DNA from: an uncultured Chloroflexia bacterium
Lineage (GTDB): Bacteria > Chloroflexota > Limnocylindria > Limnocylindrales > CSP1-4
DNA: 64,000 bases
Direction of reading: 5' to 3'
Assembly: GCA_963707215.1 (NCBI GenBank)
Contig: CAVPPB010000003.1
Coordinates: 759,152 to 823,151 of the forward strand
Each line of letters begins with the position of its first letter. Positions within the stretch are counted from its first letter, which is position 1. The position numbers and the translations under genes are program-made. The notes beneath the pieces are model-generated. The model made no database searches. It saw only the letters and a program-made list of their open reading frames with translations, and had not been told where the DNA came from. Shown here piece by piece: positions 1-15,100 of the stretch.

Positions 1-124
1 GCTCCATTCCCGGTGTCGATCAGACGGTAGCGACTGTGCGAACCTAGGCGGGACGGACGTGGGCCGCGTCGAGAGACCGGCCCACGTCACTGCCCTTGGG
101 GCACGCGAGCGAGTGGGAGGACGC

Positions 125-2152
125 ATGCAGGCGACGGGCGAACGGCATCCGGGCTGGCTTCTGCCGGTCCTGGCCGCCCTCGCCCTGGTCCTCTCCGGCT
201 GCTCGATCCTGTCGGGCACCGTGCCGGCGGAGCATGCCCACGAGCCCGGCACCGAGGACGTGGAGCACACCCACGGCCCCGGGACCGACGAGGGTGAGCA
301 CGCCGGTGAGGGCGCCGTGGACCTGGACCATCACGGCAACCCGGTCTACGGGGAGGACGAGCGCGTCTACGAGACGGTGACCACCGGCGGCGTGACCGTC
401 GAATTCACCGTCGAGAACTTCATCGGCGTCGGCGGCCGGGGTGGCGAGGTGGCACCGAGGCTCGTCGAGGGCGAGCACGCCAACCTCCAGTTCCACGTGA
501 CCGATGCCTCGACCGGCGCCCCCGTTCCGGATCTGGCGCCCGCCGTCTGGGTCGACGTCGCCGGTGGCGACGCGGACTGCTCGGCGCGGGTGGCCGGCTA
601 TCGGTCCGGGGCGCTGGACCGGCGACCGTTGGTCGACCTCAACAGCTACTTCATCCTGGCCATGAACCGGGACAACACCATCTCGGTCCTCGATCCGACG
701 GTCGACGTCGCCGGGATGACCAACCTCTTCTCGGTGATCCTGCTGCAGGCGGACCCGGGGGACTGGGCGCTGGACCCCGAAGGTGACCGGCTGTTCGTGA
801 CGCTGCCGTCGCTCGACAAGATCGCCGTCATCGACACGGAAGGGTTCATGGTCGAGGACCACGTCGACCTGCCGGGCACCCCGACCCACATCGCCATGGA
901 ACCCGGCGGGGCACGGGCCTGGGTCAGCCTCGCCGGCGATGACGGGCTGGCCATCATCGATGTCGGGACGCTGGCGAGCGAGCGGCTCGAGGGAGCGGTC
1001 GCCACGGCTGCGGCCTTCGGGAGCGATGGGCGAGCCCTGGTCGGCACACCTCGTGGCGTGTCCATCCGGGACATCGGGACCCTGGCCGAGCTCGGCCGGG
1101 TCGACCTGCCCGGGACTCCGGCGACCATCGCGGTCGGTCCGACCGGCGACGCGTACGTCGCCCAGCCCGATGCCGGGCTCGTCTCGGTCCTCGGGCCGGA
1201 CGGGACGGAGCGGGCGCGTATCGCGACCGGCCGGGGGGTGACCGCGGTGGCCATCTCGCCCGACGGACGCTGGGCCGTCGCCGCCGATCCCAGCGCCGAT
1301 GCGGTGTACCTCATCGAGACCGCGACGGACCGGATGACCCACGTGATCCCGGTCAGGGGCTCGCCCGACCTGGTGACCTTCACCTCGACGTCCGCTTACG
1401 TGCACACCCCCGACTCACCGTCGATCACCGTCATCCCGCTGGCCGAGATCGACCCGACCGGCGACGTGGGGGTCCTCACCGTCCCGATCGGGGACCGGCC
1501 CGCCGGCTCCACGGGCGCTCCGACCATCGGCGGGGCGCTCGCGCCGACGCCGAACGGGGCAGCCATGCTCATCCCAAACCCGGCCGACGACACCGTCTAC
1601 TTCTACACCGAGGGGTCGAAGTCGGCCCTCGGGGGCTTCCAGGGTCACACGCTGGAGCCGCGTGCGGTCCAGGTCGTCGACCGGAGCCTCCGCCAGCCCT
1701 CACCGGGCGTCTACACCGGCAGCATCCGGATCCCCCAGGGCAAGGACTTCGTCGTGGCCTTCCAGCTCGCGGACCGGAAGCTGACCCATTGCTTCGAGTT
1801 CTCGGCCCGGGCGACCGAACGACCGCTCGACGACCCGGCAGCCCGGCCGGAGATCGAGGTCCTCACGGCCGACGGATCGTTCGTCGCCGGCTCCCCGGTC
1901 GCCTATCGGTTCCGGCTGGCGACGGCCGACGGACGACCGATCGCGGAGCTGAGCGACCTCAGCACCCTGGCCGTCGGCACGGCCACCGGGTGGAGGGATC
2001 GCTTCGCGGCCGTCCACGTCGGCGACGGCGTCTACGAGGCCACCCTCCAGCTGCCGGCACCCGGCTACTACCAGCTCTTCTTCGCGGTGCCGTCCATCGG
2101 GGTCGGCTACGCCGACCTGCCGTCGCGATCGGTCAAGGTGGCTCCGGGCTGA
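125..2152 (+). CDS. Secreted lipoprotein with a His-rich N-terminal segment and YVTN-type beta-propeller repeats
   Basis: ORF 59..2152. The ATG at 125 gives MQATGERHPGWLLPVLAALALVLSGC, a signal peptide with an LSGC lipobox. The next ~50 aa are dense in His/Glu/Asp (HAHEPGTEDVEHTHGPG...DLDHHGN). Repeated D-P-x-G-x-x-x-V/A-I-D and V-S-P-D-G-R motifs are typical of YVTN beta-propellers. Confidence 0.6.
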   Translation: MQATGERHPGWLLPVLAALALVLSGCSILSGTVPAEHAHEPGTEDVEHTHGPGTDEGEHAGEGAVDLDHHGNPVYGEDERVYETVTTGGVTVEFTVENFIGVGGRGGEVAPRLVEGEHANLQFHVTDASTGAPVPDLAPAVWVDVAGGDADCSARVAGYRSGALDRRPLVDLNSYFILAMNRDNTISVLDPTVDVAGMTNLFSVILLQADPGDWALDPEGDRLFVTLPSLDKIAVIDTEGFMVEDHVDLPGTPTHIAMEPGGARAWVSLAGDDGLAIIDVGTLASERLEGAVATAAAFGSDGRALVGTPRGVSIRDIGTLAELGRVDLPGTPATIAVGPTGDAYVAQPDAGLVSVLGPDGTERARIATGRGVTAVAISPDGRWAVAADPSADAVYLIETATDRMTHVIPVRGSPDLVTFTSTSAYVHTPDSPSITVIPLAEIDPTGDVGVLTVPIGDRPAGSTGAPTIGGALAPTPNGAAMLIPNPADDTVYFYTEGSKSALGGFQGHTLEPRAVQVVDRSLRQPSPGVYTGSIRIPQGKDFVVAFQLADRKLTHCFEFSARATERPLDDPAARPEIEVLTADGSFVAGSPVAYRFRLATADGRPIAELSDLSTLAVGTATGWRDRFAAVHVGDGVYEATLQLPAPGYYQLFFAVPSIGVGYADLPSRSVKVAPG

Positions 2153-2277
2153 CCCGCCCAGGGCAGGACAGCCGGATCCGCGGGTCCAGCCGCGACCGAG
2201 CGCACCGGGGCCCGTCATCGCTGCTCCGGAGGCGATCCCCGGTCGAGGCTGGCGCAGCCAGGCCGGCCCGTGCGACG

Positions 2278-3237
2278 ATGCGGGATATGGCGATGACCGC
2301 CCGGATCTCGCGACGGTCCCACCGACACGGGGAGGTCTTCCGGCGAGCGCTGCAGCGGGAGGTCGCCCGGCTGCGTGAGCCCAGGCGGATCGTCGCGATG
2401 GTCCTGCTCGTGCTGGCCTTCGCGGTGGCGATGGCCGGGCTGTACGCCCGCGGCGAGCAGGCAGGGGCGGACGCACGGGCATACTGGGCCGGGGTCCGAC
2501 TCTGGCTCGGGGGTGGCGATCCGTACGATCCCACGGGGCCGTTCCTGCCCTACGTCTACGCGCCCTGGATGCTGCCGCTCTTCCTCCCCTGGGCCCTGCT
2601 GCCGTGGGAGGTCGCCTGGTTCGCGTGGCGAGTCGGCACGATCCTGGCCCTGCTCTGGACCGTCGAGTGGGCGTACCGCCGGCGGCCTCTGGCGACCGCC
2701 GTCGTCATCGCGCTGCTGCTGATCCCGTTCATGGCCAACCTCGACACCGGCAACATCAACCTCCAGCTGACCCTGGCCCTCTGGGCCGCCCAGTTCGCCG
2801 GGCCGGTCACAGCCGGCGCGCTGTGGGCCCTGGCGACCTGGATGAAGTGGGTGCCGGCGCCCTTCTGGCTGATCCTCGCGCCGCGGGCCCGCGGATGGGG
2901 CCTGATCTGGCTCGCCCTGGCCGCGGTCCTGAGCCTGATCATGCTGCCGCTCACGATCCTCCAGCTCCAGGCCATCTTCGGCTTCGGTCCGCGGCCGCTC
3001 CGTCTCGACTACCTGGTCTTCCTATGGGCGCTGGTGCCCTGGGTCTGGCGCCATCCCGATCCGCTCTGGTGGCTGCGGCCGTCGAGCTGGCCCGGCCTGC
3101 GCGACCGGGTGGCGACGAACCTGCGGACCTGGCGCTGGCGCCTTGCCGACGATCGCCGGGGCGCGCTCAGGATCGCCGCCGGCGATCTGCGAACGGGCTT
3201 CCGTCGGCTCGTCGGCCTGGATGTAGAGGACCGCTAG
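2278..3237 (+). CDS. Polytopic membrane protein, DUF2029 / GT87-like glycosyl(mannosyl)transferase family
   Basis: In-frame part of ORF 1789..3237, starting MRDMAMTAR. Multiple Trp/Leu-rich transmembrane segments. Motifs such as GGDPYDP, YVYAPWMLPLF and NINLQLTLALWAA match the DUF2029 alpha-1,2-mannosyltransferase-like family. The start codon is uncertain (ATGs at 2278, 2287 and 2293). Confidence 0.55.
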   Translation: MRDMAMTARISRRSHRHGEVFRRALQREVARLREPRRIVAMVLLVLAFAVAMAGLYARGEQAGADARAYWAGVRLWLGGGDPYDPTGPFLPYVYAPWMLPLFLPWALLPWEVAWFAWRVGTILALLWTVEWAYRRRPLATAVVIALLLIPFMANLDTGNINLQLTLALWAAQFAGPVTAGALWALATWMKWVPAPFWLILAPRARGWGLIWLALAAVLSLIMLPLTILQLQAIFGFGPRPLRLDYLVFLWALVPWVWRHPDPLWWLRPSSWPGLRDRVATNLRTWRWRLADDRRGALRIAAGDLRTGFRRLVGLDVEDR

Positions 3238-4580
3238 GAGGGGGCCGGGATCCGCTCAGGCGGCGGCACCGGGCGGTCATCCGGAGCCGGCAATTCCTCC
3301 CGCCGGGTCGGATCCACCGGGACCAGCATGACGGCCCCGATGACGTAGCAGATGGCGCCCACGACGAGCGCCGCACGCGGGCCGACCCCTTCGCCGTAGG
3401 CGACATTGACAGGATCCATGACCAACGAGCCGGCGACGGCGATCGCGACGAGCCCCGAGGACGCGGTCGCGACGTTGCTGAGGCCCATGTACCGGCCGGA
3501 TGCTGCCTTGGGGATGATATCGGTCATCAGGGCCCAGTCGACGGCCACGAAGGCGCCGCTCCCGACCCCCATGAGCACGGCGCCGATGAGGGCCACCGGG
3601 ACGACCTCGGCGGCCGCGAGAACGGCCAGGCCAGCGGCTCCCAGCGCGCAGGCGCCGTAGATGACCCGCTTCCGGCCGATCCGGTCAGAGAGACGCGCGG
3701 CGGGGACGACAGCGAGACCCGTGGCGACCAGCGCAGCAGCGAGGATGCCGATCGTGACGGCGCCGGTGGCCGTGCTATCGAGCCCGAGGCTCTGGGGGAT
3801 GTAGAAGTCCTTCAGGCCGAGAAGCACGCCGCCACCCATGAGGACGAAGAACCGCGAGAGGACGAGGAAGAGGAAGCTCCGCTCGCGAAGGATGTCCGCG
3901 CCCCAGGCTTCGCGGGCGATGGCCACCCACGAGCGACCGCCGCGATCACGGGCGGGTCTACCGTCGTCGACACGGATCACGACGCTGAGCATCGTCAGCA
4001 GCTCGAGGGCACCGAGCGAGATCGTCGCCCAGAAGAAGGCGTCGGGCGTCGTCGCCCACAGGGCGATCGCCAGCGCGGCGATGCCGTAGCCAGCGACATT
4101 GCCGATGATCTGGAACAGGCCCACGAGGGAGGATGCGAGGCCGACCTGGGGCGCCGGAACGAGGTCCGGCACGTAGCCCTGGAACGGACCCTGGGCGAAG
4201 TTCGAGCTCACCTGGAGCAGGGCGACGAACGCGGCGATGGAGACGACGGTGTTCGAGCTGGCGATGCCGACGAGGAAGACGACGTCGAGCACGGTGCCGA
4301 TGACGATGTACGGCTTGCGCCGGCCCCAGCGCGTGATCGTGTAGTCGCTGAGCGTGCCGACCGTCGGCTGGATGACCATGGCGATGACGACCCCGAGCGC
4401 GGTCATCCGGAACAACGCGCCAGCCTGGTCTCCGACCGGGGCAAGCTCCTCCCACTGGATCCGACCGGCAAGGATCCCGGAGATGCCGGACATGACCGCG
4501 ACCAGGCCCAACCAGTAGAGCGACAGGCGGATCAGCTGGAGCACGGGCAGCGGCTTCGTCGGGCGGCCGTCTCCCGCCAT
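3234..4580 (-). CDS. MFS transporter
   Basis: C-terminal 449 aa of ORF 3234..5210, starting MAGDGRPTKPLPVLQLIRLSLYWLGL. There are 12 predicted TMs, a G-R-R-K/R loop motif after TM2 (RWGRRKPY) and a second one in the C-terminal half (RIGRKRV). Upstream of the ATG at 4580 the frame is Ser/Pro/Arg junk. Confidence 0.7.
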   Translation of the reverse strand: MAGDGRPTKPLPVLQLIRLSLYWLGLVAVMSGISGILAGRIQWEELAPVGDQAGALFRMTALGVVIAMVIQPTVGTLSDYTITRWGRRKPYIVIGTVLDVVFLVGIASSNTVVSIAAFVALLQVSSNFAQGPFQGYVPDLVPAPQVGLASSLVGLFQIIGNVAGYGIAALAIALWATTPDAFFWATISLGALELLTMLSVVIRVDDGRPARDRGGRSWVAIAREAWGADILRERSFLFLVLSRFFVLMGGGVLLGLKDFYIPQSLGLDSTATGAVTIGILAAALVATGLAVVPAARLSDRIGRKRVIYGACALGAAGLAVLAAAEVVPVALIGAVLMGVGSGAFVAVDWALMTDIIPKAASGRYMGLSNVATASSGLVAIAVAGSLVMDPVNVAYGEGVGPRAALVVGAICYVIGAVMLVPVDPTRREELPAPDDRPVPPPERIPAPS

Positions 4581-4671
4581 CGTCGCTCCGGCCTCGCTCA
4601 ACTCGGCATCCCCTCTGGCCCTCTGACGCAGCGGCTCGGGTGGCGTTGCAGCACGACGCGGTACGGGCTCG

Positions 4672-5367
4672 TCAGGCGGCCACGGTTCGACGGAGCGGCA
4701 CGAGCCGGCGGTCCCGGGCCCCGGGCGCCGCGAAACGGAACAGCGACCGATCCAGCGAATAGAGCCCGGTCGAGACGACCCGGATGCCGCCGAGGCGGAA
4801 GCTGAAGACGGGGTTCTCGCCGTTGCCGGCGTACGTCCAGGGGATCCCGTCGGCCGCCAGCAGGGCGAAGTTGGCCTGCCCGCCGAACGTGTCGTGGAGG
4901 GCGCCAAGGAGGTGCGGCACGGGCTCGTCGAACGACCAGGCGTCCTCGAGCCAGCGGGCGCCGACCTCCGAATCGGCCCGACCGACGATCCGGCCCTGGG
5001 CCTGGTAGCGGCGCCGCCAGGCGCGCCAGTCGCCCAGGTCGCCGTTGTGGCCGAAGACGAACCGCCTGGCCGGATCCACGAACGGTTGCGTGTCCGCCTC
5101 GCCGAGCGTGGACAGCCGGGACGGCCGCCGGAGATGGACGAGGAGGGCGGTCGTCTCGGTCGCCCCGACGGCGTCGCGACCGGCGGCGTCGTCGCGGAAC
5201 GCCCCGACATCGCGGTGGACGGCCAGCGGGGCGGACGGGTCGCCGGTCAGCCAGGCCGCGCCCCAGCCGAACCCGGCCAGGCCCCAGCGCTCGACCCGCT
5301 CGGCGAACGGCCAGAGCTCGTCGACCCGGAAGGGCTCGTCGGCGCGGGCGACGAAGTGCTCGCACAT
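4672..5367 (-). CDS. Class II (Ntn) glutamine amidotransferase-like protein (YafJ/EgtC-like)
   Basis: 231-aa ORF beginning M-C-E-H (nucleophile Cys at position 2 after Met removal) with a conserved GHNGDLGD (HNG) motif. The fold is assigned only by these motifs. Confidence 0.55.
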   Translation of the reverse strand: MCEHFVARADEPFRVDELWPFAERVERWGLAGFGWGAAWLTGDPSAPLAVHRDVGAFRDDAAGRDAVGATETTALLVHLRRPSRLSTLGEADTQPFVDPARRFVFGHNGDLGDWRAWRRRYQAQGRIVGRADSEVGARWLEDAWSFDEPVPHLLGALHDTFGGQANFALLAADGIPWTYAGNGENPVFSFRLGGIRVVSTGLYSLDRSLFRFAAPGARDRRLVPLRRTVAA

Positions 5368-5386
5368 CGCCGGCGATGATACGGCC

Positions 5387-5661
5387 TCAGCTGCGCCGGA
5401 CGACGCGCTCCCACTCCGGGAAGTAGCGCCCGATGTCCGGCAGGTCGAAGGCCCGCAGGATCGACTCCTTCGGCTCGCGCTGGAGCAGGAACTCGAACGA
5501 ACGACGGACCAGGGCGGTCGGGTCGGCCGAGCCCGGCTCCAGCCGGGCCACCTCGCCGGGGTCGACGCCGACGACGTGCTCGGTGGTGGTCGCTCCCTCG
5601 GTCACGGTCACCCGGCAGACCCAGCGGGTCCCCTCCGGTTCGCAGCGGACGTCGATCCCGG

Positions 5662-5665
<4 letters not shown>
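5387..5665 (-). CDS. Small hypothetical protein (92 aa) translationally coupled to metH
   Basis: ATG at 5665..5663 overlaps the metH TGA at 5664..5662 (ATGA). [39 protein letters not shown]... has protein-like composition and GC3-rich codons. I do not recognise the family. Confidence 0.45.
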
Positions 5666-9377
<3,712 letters not shown>

Positions 9378-9381
<4 letters not shown>

Positions 9382-11318
9382 CGCTCGGCCACCACGGCCA
9401 CGGGCACGGTAGCCCGGATCCGCCGGACCACCTCGGCCGCCTGCTCGTAGCGACCGAAGCTCGGCATGAGATACGTCCCGGCGACCTCGCCGCGGACCGC
9501 CTCGACGAGGTCGAGGGCCAGCTCGACGCCGACGGCCGCCCCGCGATCGCCCGCCCCGGCCATGGCGACCCGGGCCGCCTCGGGGACCGTGATCCCCGGC
9601 ACCTCGTTGTGGAGGAACTCGGCGTGGCGGGCGCTCTGCAGGGGGAGGATCCCCAGCAGGACCGGCACCGGGATCCCGCCCGGCCCGAAGCGCCGCCGGG
9701 CCTCGGCCAGCATCGCCTCCACCTGGGCGACGTCGTAGAGCGGCTGGGTCATGACGAGGTGGGCGCCGGCGGCCAGCTTGCGCTCGAGGCGGTCCCACTC
9801 GGTCGCCGCGTCGGCGGCCGTCGGGTCCAGGGCGCAGGCGATCGTGAAGCCGGCCCGCTGGCCGATCGGCGTGCCGGCCTGGTCCTCCCCGGCGTCGAGG
9901 CGGGCCAGGATCTCGATGAGGCCGATCGAGTCGACGTCCCAGACGCCGGTCCCGGTCGGGTAGTCGCCGACGTGGGGCGGATCGCCGGTCAGCGCCAGGA
10001 TGTTGCGGACGCCGAGCGCATGAGCGCCGAGGAGCTCCGATTCGAGGGCCATCAGGTTGCGATCGCGGGTGGTCACGTGGACGACGGTCTCGAGCCCGAC
10101 GTCCCGCTGGATCGCGAAGGCCACGGCCAGGGCGCCCATCCGGACCCGGGCCATCGCCGAGTCGCTGATGTTGACCACGTCCGCGCCGGCGTCCCGGAGG
10201 AGGCGGGCCGCCTCCAGCGTCCGGTCCATGCGGATCGAGCGTGGCGGGTCGATCTCCACGGACACCACGAAGCGCCCGTCGGCGAGGGCGCTGGCCAGCT
10301 TCGTCGGTGGCGGTGGGGCCCCGGTCCCGTCCTCGACCGGTTCGACCGGGGTGGCCCGCGGCGGCGGAGAGCCGACCGACGCCGGGTGGGCCCCTGTGAC
10401 CTCTGCTGCGGCGGCCACCGGCGCGGCGGCCCCGGACCGGTCGGCGTCGAGGGCGGCGCGCATGGCCGCCACGTGAGCCGGCGTCGTCCCGCAGCAGCCG
10501 CCGACGAGGGCCGCGCCGGCCGCCACGAAGGTCCCGGTCATCGAGGCGAGGTACTCCGGGCCGGCGGCGTAGAGGAAGCGGCCCTCGACCCGCTGGGGAA
10601 GACCGGCGTTCGGCATGATCGAGCGGGCCAGGCCAGGCCCGGCCATCCGGTCCAGCGCGTCGAGGCAGGCGATCGGCCCGACCCCGCAGTTGACGCCGAT
10701 GACGTCGACGTCGGCGCCAGCCAGGGCGGCGGCGGCGACCTCGGGCGTCGAGCCGTCACCGGCGACCAGCTCCTCGCCGAACGTCATCTCGGCCACGATC
10801 GGCAGCGCGCAGGCCGCCCGGATCTCGGCGATCGCCGCCAGCAGGTGCCCCAGATCGAAGAACGTCTCGACGACGAACAGGTCGACCCCGCCCTCCAGCA
10901 GGCCCTCGACCTGCTCGCGATAGGTGGCCCGGACGTCGGTCTCGGCGAGGTGGGCAAGCTCCCGGGTCGGCGCCCCGAGCGGCCCCACGGAGCCGGCCAC
11001 CAGGACGTCGCGCCCACTGACCTCGCGGGCGTCCCGGGCCAGGCGCGCGGCTCGGCGGTTGAGCCGTCCTGCTTCGGTGCCCAGGCCCCAGCCGTCCAGC
11101 CGATGCCGGTTGGCCCCGAAGCTGAGGGTCTCGATGAGCTCGGCGCCGGCCTCGAGGTACTCGCGGTGGAGGGTCGACACCAGCTCGGGGCGCGAGGAGA
11201 CGAGCTCGTCGAGGCAGGCCCGCTGGGGGATGCCACGGCTGAACAGGAGCGTGCCCATGCCGCCGTCGGCGAGCAGCGGCCCCCGGCCCAGTCGCGCTGC
11301 GAATGCCGCCCGTTCCAT
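9378..11318 (-). CDS. yitJ: Bifunctional homocysteine S-methyltransferase / 5,10-methylenetetrahydrofolate reductase (YitJ-like)
   Basis: 646 aa from the ATG at 11318 ([25 protein letters not shown]). The N-terminal S-methyltransferase domain carries GVNCGVGP and GGCCGTTP motifs. The C-terminal half is MetF-like MTHFR ([28 protein letters not shown]). Confidence 0.8.
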
Positions 11319-11350
11319 ACCCGACAGGGTAGCCCTCCGGGCGTGCCCGG

Positions 11351-12163
11351 TCACCGGTGCTGGCAGCCCGGGCACCAGGTCGTGACGCGCGGCAGGTCCC
11401 CGTGCCTCCGGCTCACCAGGCGGCTGTCGCAGCGTCGGCACGGTCGACCGGTCCTGCCGTACACCCACAGGGGGCCCACCCGGCGGCGGGCGGCCCCGGT
11501 GGTCACCCGCTCGGGACCTGCGGCCCGGCTGGCGTAGGCGACGAGCAGCGAGCGGGCGGTCGCGACCAGTCGCTCCAGCGTCGCATCGTCGAGCTCCCCG
11601 ACCGCTGCGAACGGGTGGACCCGCTCGATGAACAGGACCTCGCTCTTGTAGACGTTGCCGATCCCGGCCAGGGCCCGCTGATCCACGATAGCCTCGGCGA
11701 TGGGCAAGCCGGTCCGCGAGGGCGCCCGGAAGCGTCGGATCGCCTCCCCGGGGTCGAAGGCCGGATCGAGGAGATCCGGACCCAGGGCCGCGAGGACCGG
11801 ATGGAGCGGCTCGGTCCGGGACTCCAGCAGCTCGACGACGGGCGCGTCGAAGCAGACCGCGATGGCGCCCGGGACCTCGATGACGAGGCGAGCGCGAGCG
11901 GGCGCCCGACGCCATCGCTCGCCCGGTCGGTAGCGGTGCCACGAGCCGTGCATCCCCAGGTGGGTCCGCAGCTCCAGGCCCGAGTCGAACCGGATGAGCA
12001 GGTGCTTGCCGCGCGTCTCGACGGACTCGACCCGGGCGCCGACGAGGCCGTCGACCCGCGGCAGGGCACCGGGCCCGGCAGCCCGGGCTGCGAGCACCTC
12101 TCGGCCGACGAGGTGCGGCCGGAGTCCGGCCGCCGTCCGGGCGAGGGTGTCGCCCTCGGGCAC
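11351..12163 (-). CDS. nei: Fpg/Nei family DNA glycosylase (endonuclease VIII-like)
   Basis: 270 aa beginning MPEGDT (catalytic Pro2, Glu3), H2TH region, C-terminal C-x2-C...C-x2-C zinc finger (CRRC...CPGC). Sits 2 bp downstream of lhr, the arrangement known in mycobacteria. Confidence 0.8.
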   Translation of the reverse strand: MPEGDTLARTAAGLRPHLVGREVLAARAAGPGALPRVDGLVGARVESVETRGKHLLIRFDSGLELRTHLGMHGSWHRYRPGERWRRAPARARLVIEVPGAIAVCFDAPVVELLESRTEPLHPVLAALGPDLLDPAFDPGEAIRRFRAPSRTGLPIAEAIVDQRALAGIGNVYKSEVLFIERVHPFAAVGELDDATLERLVATARSLLVAYASRAAGPERVTTGAARRRVGPLWVYGRTGRPCRRCDSRLVSRRHGDLPRVTTWCPGCQHR

Positions 12164-12165
12164 GA

Positions 12166-15100
12166 TCAGGTCCGGCCGGTGGCGCCCGGTCGGTCCGAGC
12201 GGACGGGACCGGTGCGGCCCGGAGCGCGGGCACCGCCGAGGACCAGCCCGCGGTACCCGGCGGCGAAGCCTGCCGCCAGCAGGGCGGGCCGCCAGGAAGT
12301 GATCGCCACCGGCTCCCCGTCGACGCGGACGATGACCAGCTCCCGCACCCGCGAGGACGTCACCAGCTCACCGAGGGCGCGCAGCGCGAGGTCGGCGGCA
12401 CCGGCATCAGCCGCGGCCGGCAGCATCCGCAGCGAGCGTCCCCCGCGCTCGAGATAGGCGACCGGCTGTCCCTCGACGAGCGCGACGTACGCACCGGCTG
12501 CCCGGGCCAGGGGATGTCGGTCGGCCTCGCCGTTGCGCGGCCACGGGACCGCCGAGCCGTAGGCGTTGGCCGGGTCGGTGGCGGCCAGGAGGTCGACCCG
12601 AGCCTCACCAGGCACCGGCTCGCGCAGGCTCCGGAGCCGATCGAGGGCCCCGGGCAGGGCGAACTGGGCGGCTCCCAGGCCGTCGACGAAGTACCCGCGG
12701 CGGATGCGACCGGCCTCCTCCATCGAGCGGAGCACGGTGTAGGCGGCCGTGAAACCGCCCTCGACCCCCTCGGCGACGACCGCGTCGCGGGTCACGACGC
12801 CGTGCCGTTCCAGCAGGGTCGTCGCGATGAGATGGGCATGCTCCGTGGCGGCCCGCAGGGCATCGCGGGCCGTTGCCTGGTCCGGGCGGTCGACGAGCGA
12901 CCAGCGGCCGGCGGCCTCGGGCGGACCGAGCCCGGTCAGTCGCCCCGGGCGCGGCCGTCGGTCGCGCCGCGGTGGGCGCTTCCAGCGCAGGGCGCGGAGC
13001 GGCGCGAAGGTGTCGTTGGAGACCTCTCCGGCCCAGACCAGGTCCCAGAGCGCGTCGAGGACCTCCCGGTCCGCTCCCCCCAGGCCCGAGGCAAGGTCGC
13101 GGTAGAACGAGGCTCCGCGACGGGCCAGCCGGTCGCGTAGCGCTTCATGGAGCACGCCGTCGGGTCCGTCGTCCGTCGGACGCGCCCCGAGGGCCTCCCG
13201 TCCCGGACGGACCAGGACGACCCGGCCGTCGTCGCGGCCCAGGCTCCCCCGCCCCACCCAGGCGACCTCGCCCATCGCGCCCAGCTCGTCGAGGAGCCTC
13301 GGCTGGTAGCCCGGGACCCGGACCGGCAGGACGTCGCGCTCCAGGACCGAGGCCGGGATCGGCAGGCCGACCAGCTGATCGACCACTTCGGCCAGCCGCT
13401 CGAGGGCGCCCAGATCCCGCATCGGCGGTCGGGCGACGCCGACAGCGGCTACCCCGTGCCACTCTGGAAGGAAGCGGGCCAGCGCGCTCGGATCGACCGG
13501 CTCGACCTCGCGGCGGAGGCGAGCGAGCGAGCGGCGGCGGAGCCGCCGGAGGACGTCCTGGTCACACCACTCCCGCTCGGCACCGCCGGGGCGGAACTCA
13601 CCCCGCAGGATCGCCCCGCGCTCCATCAGGCGCTCGAGGGCGGTCTCGACGACGCCGGAGGGCAGGTTCCAGCGACGGGCCGGCTCCTCGGCCAGGAACG
13701 GCCCGTGCGACCGGGCCCAGCGGGCGAGCAGGCCACCCAGCGGATCGGCGACGGGGACCAGGAACGCGGCCGGCGTACCGACCGGGGGCTGCACCCCGAC
13801 CGCGTCCCGATAGCGGGCGACATCCTCGATGGCGATCCATCGCTCGTCGCCGGCGATCCGGACGCGGACCGCCCGGCGGCCTTCCTCCAGCGCAGCAGCC
13901 CATCCAGCGGCATCGGCCGGCGCGCCATCGCAGCGGGCCACGAGCTCGTCGGCCGACAGGTCGCCGAGCCGGCGCAGGAGATCGTGGACGCCGTCGACCC
14001 CGCTCGCCCGCCGGTCCTCGTCCAGCGCCTGGAGCGACAGCTCCAGGTCGGCCAGGGCTTCCGGGTCGAGCAGCTCGCGGAGCTCCTCCTGGCCCAGCAG
14101 CTCCCGCAGGAGATCACGGTCGAGGGTCAGCGCCTGGGCCCGCCGCTCCGCCAGCGGCGCGTCCCCGTCGTACATGTACGCCGCGACGTAGTCGAAGAGG
14201 AGGGAGCTGGCGAACGGCGACGCCCGGGGCGTCTCCACCGAGTGGACGGCGATCTCGCGTCGACCGATGCCACCGAGGACCTCGCGCAGCGCCGGCAGGT
14301 CGAAGACGTCGGCCAGGCACTCGCGATACGTCTCCACGAGGATCGGGAAGCTCCCGTACCTGCTGGCCACGGCCAGCAGGTCGGCGGCCCGCTGGCGCTG
14401 CTGCCAGAGCGGCGTCCGGGTGCCCGGACGACGGCGCGGCAGGAGCAGCGCCCGAGCGGCGTTCTCGCGGAACCGGGCCGCGAAGAGGGCGCTGTCGGCA
14501 ACCTGGCCGACGACCAGGTCCTCGATCTCGTCGGGGTCGGGGAAGAGCAACGCCTCCACGCCGTCGACATCGCCCTCCGGAAGGCGGACGGCGATCCCGT
14601 CGTCGGACCAGATCGTCTGGACCTCGGTACCCAGGTGCTCGGCCAGGCGGCGCTCGATGGCCAGCGTCCACGGCGCGTGGACACGCCCGCCGAAGGGCGT
14701 CAGGAGCGTCAACCGCCAGTCGCCGAGCTCGTCGCGGAACCGCTCGACGACGATCCGCCGGTCGGTCGGCAGGGCCCCCGTGGCCTCGCGCTCGTCCTCC
14801 AGGTAGGCGACCAGGTTCTCGGCCGCCAGCTCGTCGAGGTCGTGACGCTCGCGCAGCCGTCGGAGGGTCGCGGTCCGGCCGCGAGCTCCACGGCCGAGAT
14901 CGTCCTCGACCTCGCGCACGAAGCCGCCGATCGCTCGACCCAGCTCGATCGGCCGGCCGACAGCGTCGCCGTGCCAGAACGGCAGCTTGCCGGGTTGGCC
15001 GGGCGCCGGGCTGACGATCACCCGGTCGTGGGTGATCTCCTCGATCCGCCAGGCGCTCGCGCCGAGGGTGATCACCTCGCCGGCCCGGCTCTCGTAGACC

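Noticed and set aside
44-1405. 453-aa minus-strand ORF at the window start
   Set aside because: Antisense to the well-supported lipoprotein gene, with Arg/Asp/Gly-dominated composition.
11319-11350. SAM (S-box) or B12 riboswitch in front of yitJ / metH
   Set aside because: Only 32 bp separate nei from yitJ, and yitJ and metH overlap. There is no room for a riboswitch aptamer.
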